Of a stretch of DNA of 64,000 nt, positions 60,501 to 64,000 are shown piece by piece (position 1 is the stretch's first letter; each line of letters opens with the position of its first letter). The notes below the pieces were generated by a model. It saw only the letters and a program-made list of their open reading frames with translations. It had not been told where the DNA came from and did not search any database. The stretch lies in assembly GCF_020745735.1 (NCBI RefSeq), contig NC_083411.1:98442328-98506327 (forward strand). The letters are read 5' to 3'. The translations under genes were made by a program, and so were the position numbers. The DNA comes from Hemiscyllium ocellatum. Its lineage: Eukaryota.

Positions 60501-62908
60501 GAGGGGAGGAAATATAAAGGAGGAGCAGCAGGTGTTTCTGGGGCTGTCAGTGTAACTCCACATTGGTATGTGGTACCAGGATTAAGGATGTCACAGTGGC
60601 TATAGTGCATTCTGTTTGGCAAGAGCCTTAGATCAGAAGGAGGATGTTGTCCTGAAATCAAAATTTAGGGGAAACTAGGTAGAAAGTTATTAACCAGGAT
60701 CAAAAATGTACTCTTGTGATTGCTCCATGTGCAAGTACAGAAATAGCAGTTTAAGGAAGGTGAGTGCAAGGCTGGAAAGATAGGGCTTTAGATTCCTGTG
60801 GCCGTGGTATTGGCTCTGGGGAAGATGGCATTTCTGCAAGTCAGACAGGTTTCACCGAAGCAGAGTTGGAACTGAATTCCATGTCTGAAGTTCATTGCGT
60901 CAGGAACAGGCTGAAACATTGGGTCTTCCAGAGGAGTGCTATTTATTTGGGCAGCCTAGGTGTAGGTGGGATGCTATAAATTGGGAAGCTATCGAGGGCG
61001 GATCTTCAGAGGAGATGAGGTCAGTGACAACCTTGGAAATAACAGCTTGGTATTCAATGGTGACATCATGATCCAGTGAGATCGGAGGAAGTGTTTGCGA
61101 ATTGACATTTAGCTTTTGTAAAGTAGAGTTTGGCACACAAGATGATACCAGCACCTCCTCTTATTGTCTCAGGTCTAACCCGTCTTTGTATTCAAGGATT
61201 GGTAACAAAATTTAGGGCAAGGAAAGACAACATCCCATTTGTCATTTTAATTATTTGCTTTACCCGAGTGTGAACTCTTGACTTTTTCAGTCTACCATGA
61301 ACACACACAAGCATCCACAGCTCTAACAACTTTAACTGGAGTTGGAAATTGCCAGAACAACCTTAAATCTGGAATAGGTGATAATGTTATTTTAATAAGA
61401 TGCGCAGATATGACTTCATTAGAAACTCAGAGAGAATAGAGTGCATAAAGTTCAAAAGGCGACAGCTTCGATTGCCCGTATACAAGGTTTGTCAGCAAAG
61501 TTAACGTCTTGTTGTAAAGTCGGCAATAGCAGTATGGCTATGAAGTTGAATAAGTAACATAGAATGCAGAAGCGGTGCAGAACTGTTTTACAGACTGAAG
61601 GAATATTAACATCACTGTTTTTCTTGATCTGTATTGGTAACTTGGATCTGTATCAAGAGTTCTTGAATGTGCTTTGATAATTTGTGAAATAAATCAATCT
61701 TGGAACAGTTGTAAACTGTCGAAGATAAAGACAGACATCAAAGTTCTTACAAGAATCCTTAGCTTCTGGAAAAGTATGAGAGGATTGGAAAACTGCCAAT
61801 GTTAAACCCAGAGCAAGTACTCACAGGGCTCCAAAACTGAAATCAGCTTGCAAAGTCAAGAAGTTGGTGTTTTTTTTCACTAACATCAACAATCCCAGGA
61901 TTGAACAAAACATTCTTTGTTGTTTCACTGTTTTCTTTTTAAAACTCAGGAATTCTCTTGGGTGATGACACTTGCCTATTTCCTTTCTTCACAATGGTAA
62001 TGGAAGCTGATGCCAATCATTACTATTCATGAGCCAATACTTGACGTCAATGTTGACACAATGATAATATGCAATGACGTTGAAGAGAGCACAAATGGTA
62101 ATATGATTGTTTTTAATTAATTCCCTTAAGTCAGCAAATAGGCCCTAAATAATACATAATCTTGCAGGGTAATTGAAAACATGTACTTCAGATGCATAAA
62201 ATGTATTAAAGTGTTGGTAGTGGTAAACAACTAGAGTCATAGCGGCCAGGCCTCCTCCTCCAGATGGTCGGATACTTGACGTATCCTTTCATCTATTTTC
62301 TGTCTGTGTCAAAGAAACTATGTAATTTGAAAGACTGGAATGCGGCAATTATGACTGAGAAAAGGACCTGGTTTGTTTCTAAATGCAAATGCTGTGCTTT
62401 AGTGTTGCTTGACTGTGTATGTTCTGCATTTGTGTAATAGATCACTTGGAAGTTCAGGCCAGGAGCCCTGAGTTCTGGGATAGGCTATGTATGTAGGACA
62501 AGATTTGGAGGAGCTTGTGTTGGACTGGAGAGGACAAAGTTAAAAATCACACAACATCAGGTTACAGTTCAACAGGTTTATTTGGGAGTAGCGCTTCGAA
62601 AGCTAGTGCTTCCAGATAAACCTATTGGATTACAATGTGGTGTTGTGTGATTTTTAACTTTGTATAGGACAAGAGTGGCGATCTGAATGTGAATGCCACT
62701 TTTAGGAAGATTAAATTCAACTATACAACATTAGTGCAGCCTTGATAGAAACTAAAAACAGAAAATCCTAAAATGAAAAAGCAAGTTTCACTGCAGTATT
62801 TTAAGGTCATGACTATTTCACTTTTCAGTGCGACATGTGGCATGCAAGTTGGTCTGCTTGTATGACTGTGCTGAACCCAATGAAGTGACACTGCAAAGAC
62901 AAGTACTG
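35955..62908 (+). CDS. TEX11: Testis-expressed protein 11 (Zip4/Spo22 orthologue, meiotic crossover ZMM TPR protein), 5' partial
   Basis: Spliced 35955-35957, 40159-40198, 42093-42214, 56073-56157 and 62829-62908 gives MEEMDVSLIFTEIKGLAEELLGKQSTRNVEEIIDKLFVKVTTLDEIASNKTMDTQVEEYAINLWNWAVTKRLESSINDEQRTQLRHVACKLVCLYDCAEPNEVTLQRQVL. This matches the TEX11 N-terminus as I recall it (IDRLF...IEEMAVNLWNWA...NEEQKIRLHYVACKL). Phases are consistent and the gene continues past the window. Confidence 0.9.
36940..37322 (-). mobile_element. Penelope-like pLTR/3' fragment
   Basis: Reverse-complement similarity to 17730-18040. Confidence 0.7.
37326..38200 (-). mobile_element. CR1 3' portion
   Basis: EQRDLGVQVHSSLKV, RPLLEYC, ERVQKRFTR, RGDLIEVYKIM. 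Confidence 0.92.
38503..38919. mobile_element. Non-autonomous Tc1/mariner (Tc2/pogo-like) DNA transposon, 417 bp
   Basis: TIR CCATATATACTCAAATAAGAGTCA vs reverse complement of the end, CCATATATCCTCAAGTAATAGTCA; TA on both flanks; subterminal GGGTTGACTTTTACA repeats. Confidence 0.8.
39476..39511 (+). repeat. (GT)n microsatellite
   Basis: Perfect dinucleotide run. Confidence 0.95.
40159..40198 (+). CDS. TEX11: TEX11 exon 2 (contains in-frame ATG at 40165)
   Basis: atttttag acceptor; EEMDVSLIFTEIK; donor gtacat, phase 1 fits next exon. Confidence 0.75.
40500..41135 (+). mobile_element. CR1 RT fragment
   Basis: YPRTPWEAREVIAGPL...QHGFVHGESCLMSLIEFF; same family as 1400-2330. Confidence 0.88.
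41500..41610 (+). repeat. Imperfect (CA)n/(CATA)n tract, probably within a Tigger-like element ending ~41938
   Basis: CACACACACATACAGCC repeats; downstream GGATAATC/GATAATTG subterminal repeats. Confidence 0.6.
42093..42214 (+). CDS. TEX11: TEX11 exon 3
   Basis: ttctttggtag acceptor; LAEELLGKQSTRNVEEIIDKLF...TMDTQ; donor gtttgg, phase 1 to 0. Confidence 0.87.
42319..42597 (+). mobile_element. HE1-like V-SINE
   Basis: tRNA head plus V-domain. Confidence 0.88.
46098..46351 (-). mobile_element. Truncated 5' (U3) end of a Gypsy LTR inserted in the minisatellite
   Basis: Reverse complement starts TGTTATGAATTTGAAGG and aligns by eye to the LTR at 50755-51060 up to its TATA box. Confidence 0.75.
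47140..47416 (-). mobile_element. HE1-like V-SINE inserted in the minisatellite
   Basis: Reverse-complement tRNA head and V-domain. Confidence 0.88.
50755..53845 (+). mobile_element. Decayed Gmr1-like Gypsy LTR retrotransposon: 5' LTR (to 51519), PBS remnant, SCAN-like gag, CCHC knuckle, protease; 3' truncated
   Basis: LTR ends TGTCACA, then TCATCCGGGAT (part of the tRNA-Pro PBS TGGGGGCTCGTCCGGGAT). Gag relic ALKIAEDVLG...VKQAILSAYDLVPEMYRLQFR; CFYCGKVGHVKS*C at ~53392; ILRGTGYNQSL (degenerate LRDTG). Stops and frameshifts present. Confidence 0.85.
51655..52259 (-). mobile_element. Solo LTR (605 bp) nested in the Gypsy leader, 5-bp TSD
   Basis: TGTGAGAGAAATTTGC...GCAAATCTTTTCCCACA inverted termini; ATGTA on both flanks (51650-51654 and 52260-52264); AATAAA on the minus strand at 51718-51723. 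Confidence 0.85.
54130..54282. repeat. Palindromic Penelope-derived element, right arm truncated
   Basis: TTGGAAGCACACTAGCTTTCGGAGC...TTCATC / GATGAAGGAGC...CCGAAAGCTAGTGTGCTTCCAA. Confidence 0.85.
54239..54273 (+). ncRNA. Minimal type I hammerhead ribozyme motif (Penelope-type)
   Basis: CAC-CUGAUGA-A-GGAGC-GUU-GCUCC-GAAA-GCUA-GUG: intact core, 5-bp helix II, palindromic AGCU in place of helix III, 3-bp helix I. Confidence 0.7.
54283..55150 (-). mobile_element. Young CR1 internal fragment (RT N-terminal half)
   Basis: Open frame LKVDKSPGLDGLHPRVLKEV...ENYRPVSLTS...QHGFMKGKSCLTNLLEFFEDV. Confidence 0.92.
56073..56157 (+). CDS. TEX11: TEX11 exon 4
   Basis: VEEYAINLWNWAVTKRLESSINDEQRTQ; donor gtaagt, phase 0 to 1. 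Confidence 0.93.
56322..56940 (-). mobile_element. Probable solo LTR
   Basis: Left end TTATGGACCAGACCAGAA is the reverse complement of the end of the 57541-58098 element; right end ...CTGTCAC; no TSD confirmed. Confidence 0.55.
57149..57456 (-). mobile_element. HE1-like V-SINE, full length
   Basis: Reverse-complement head GGGCGGCACGGTGGCACAGTGG, V-domain, TAATC tail. Confidence 0.9.
57541..58098 (+). mobile_element. Probable solo LTR
   Basis: TGTGATGATG...CTGACCTAGTCTATAGCA termini; related to 56322-56940; TSD not exact. Confidence 0.55.
58436..58935 (-). mobile_element. CR1 3' end
   Basis: ERVQKRFIRMLPGL...GDLIEVYKIMRG. Confidence 0.9.
59060..60035 (+). mobile_element. CR1 RT C-terminal part and 3' UTR
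   Basis: INDLDEEV...KFADDTKVGG...WQMEFNLDKCKVMHFG...RPHLEY. Confidence 0.93.
60100..60885 (+). mobile_element. Decayed CR1 ORF1 (esterase/SGNH-type) relic
   Basis: LVIPVTNRFSIL and GFRFLWPWYWLWGRWHFCKSDRFH resemble CR1 ORF1 motifs. Confidence 0.6.
62534..62663. repeat. Palindromic Penelope-derived element, internally deleted
   Basis: ACAAAGTTAAAAATCACACAACA...TGTTGTGTGATTTTTAACTTTGT perfect terminal inverted repeat. Confidence 0.85.
62829..62908 (+). CDS. TEX11: TEX11 exon 5
   Basis: cttttcag acceptor; LRHVACKLVCLYDCAEPNEVTLQRQVL; donor gtgagc. Confidence 0.92.
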
Positions 62909-64000
62909 GTGAGCTTGAGCAATAGTATTTGATATAATTTCATAAAATGTTTTCATGGACGGAACAGATATGTTTGGTTATAAAATAATTTTATATCTGA
63001 TTACATTACAAACCAGTTACAGTACTTAAAGGAATTATTTGACCATGAAGTGCTTTAAACTTTTTCTGAGGGAAGTGAAGGCACAACTAAAATGAAAGTA
63101 AGACCTTAGTTTTATTTTTACCTGGACAAAATATATTTTGAATGTGTTTGCATTAATAATTAAAATTCCGTTAAATTTTATAAAGTTTAAATCGATACAA
63201 TGTATTTGAAGAAAACTTGTTGTTATTAAATTCAATTATTTATTATTGACAATCTTATAAGTAACAAATATTGCAATTTCTTGAAGAAAGGCAGCCTTGA
63301 TATTATTGAATTTCATACTTATTAGACCAAAGTGACAAATGCACATAATAAGATCAATTATAACACATAATATAAAATGGGAAGTTAGGAGGTGGCTATT
63401 GAACAGTTATTGCTGCTATAAACCTATATTAGTTTGGTGCTCAAGCCTCAAATGCTTAAGTCTAGTGCCTGTGTGTGTCATTTCAATGCTCTGAGTCATT
63501 TTGCTGATATTGAGGATGGGAAATTGGACAAGTTCCTTGAGCTGTGTGATAATGTGTCCCTGAGGAAAGGGTATGTGATTGCCAGAATGCCATTCATTGA
63601 CACTTTTATAATTAGATGAAGTGTCTGTGAGATGTGCTGTACCCAAATATTTCAGAATTGTAAATGCTTTCCTTAATATTTCATGTGGTCTAAATATACA
63701 CTTTAACCATTCGTTTATTGGCTCTGATTATCACTAGCTATGCCAGCAATGGGCAGTTAAGAGTGAACAACATTGCTGTGCGTCTGGTGTCGCATGTAGG
63801 CCAGATGAGGTAAGGATGACAGATTTCCTACCATCAGTGAACCAAAGAACCTAGCTGAGTTAGCTGTAGTGAGGGACTCTGCATACTTTAGCCATACATA
63901 TTGGCTTCTGAGGAGAACTTGTGTAGGCTGGGCTTGTATCTCTTAGACTTAGAGGAGAGAGAGGTGACTTGATTGATGCAAACAAGTAATTGAGGTGTCT

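Overview
Vertebrate genomic DNA, very likely a cartilaginous fish (shark). This is inferred from HE1-type V-SINEs and abundant CR1 LINEs and Penelope-like elements. Two germline genes lie in tandem on the + strand. (1) A complete GCNA/ACRC coding sequence that I spliced by hand from 12 phase-consistent GT-AG exons (5559-30230, 1785 nt, 594 aa). It has an acidic disordered N-terminus, a SprT HExxH metalloprotease, a zinc finger and an HMG-like tail. (2) The 5' part of TEX11 (Zip4 orthologue): a CpG-island promoter at about 35.45-35.96 kb and exons at 40159, 42093, 56073 and 62829, continuing beyond the window. Introns are filled with decayed CR1/L2 LINEs, SINEs, Penelope-like elements carrying hammerhead-ribozyme motifs, TA-flanked Tc1/mariner MITEs, solo LTRs with target-site duplications, and a Gmr1-like Gypsy LTR-gag-protease relic. 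The most unusual non-genic structure is an ~8 kb composite repeat in TEX11 intron 3. It is a G/T-rich 33-bp minisatellite whose minus strand reads as N-x-T-sequon, mucin-like 11-mers, bracketed by diverged direct repeats ~7.07 kb apart. Most ORFs in the supplied track are repeat-derived or spurious. No database search was possible; gene identities rest on recalled motif similarity plus splice-phase consistency.
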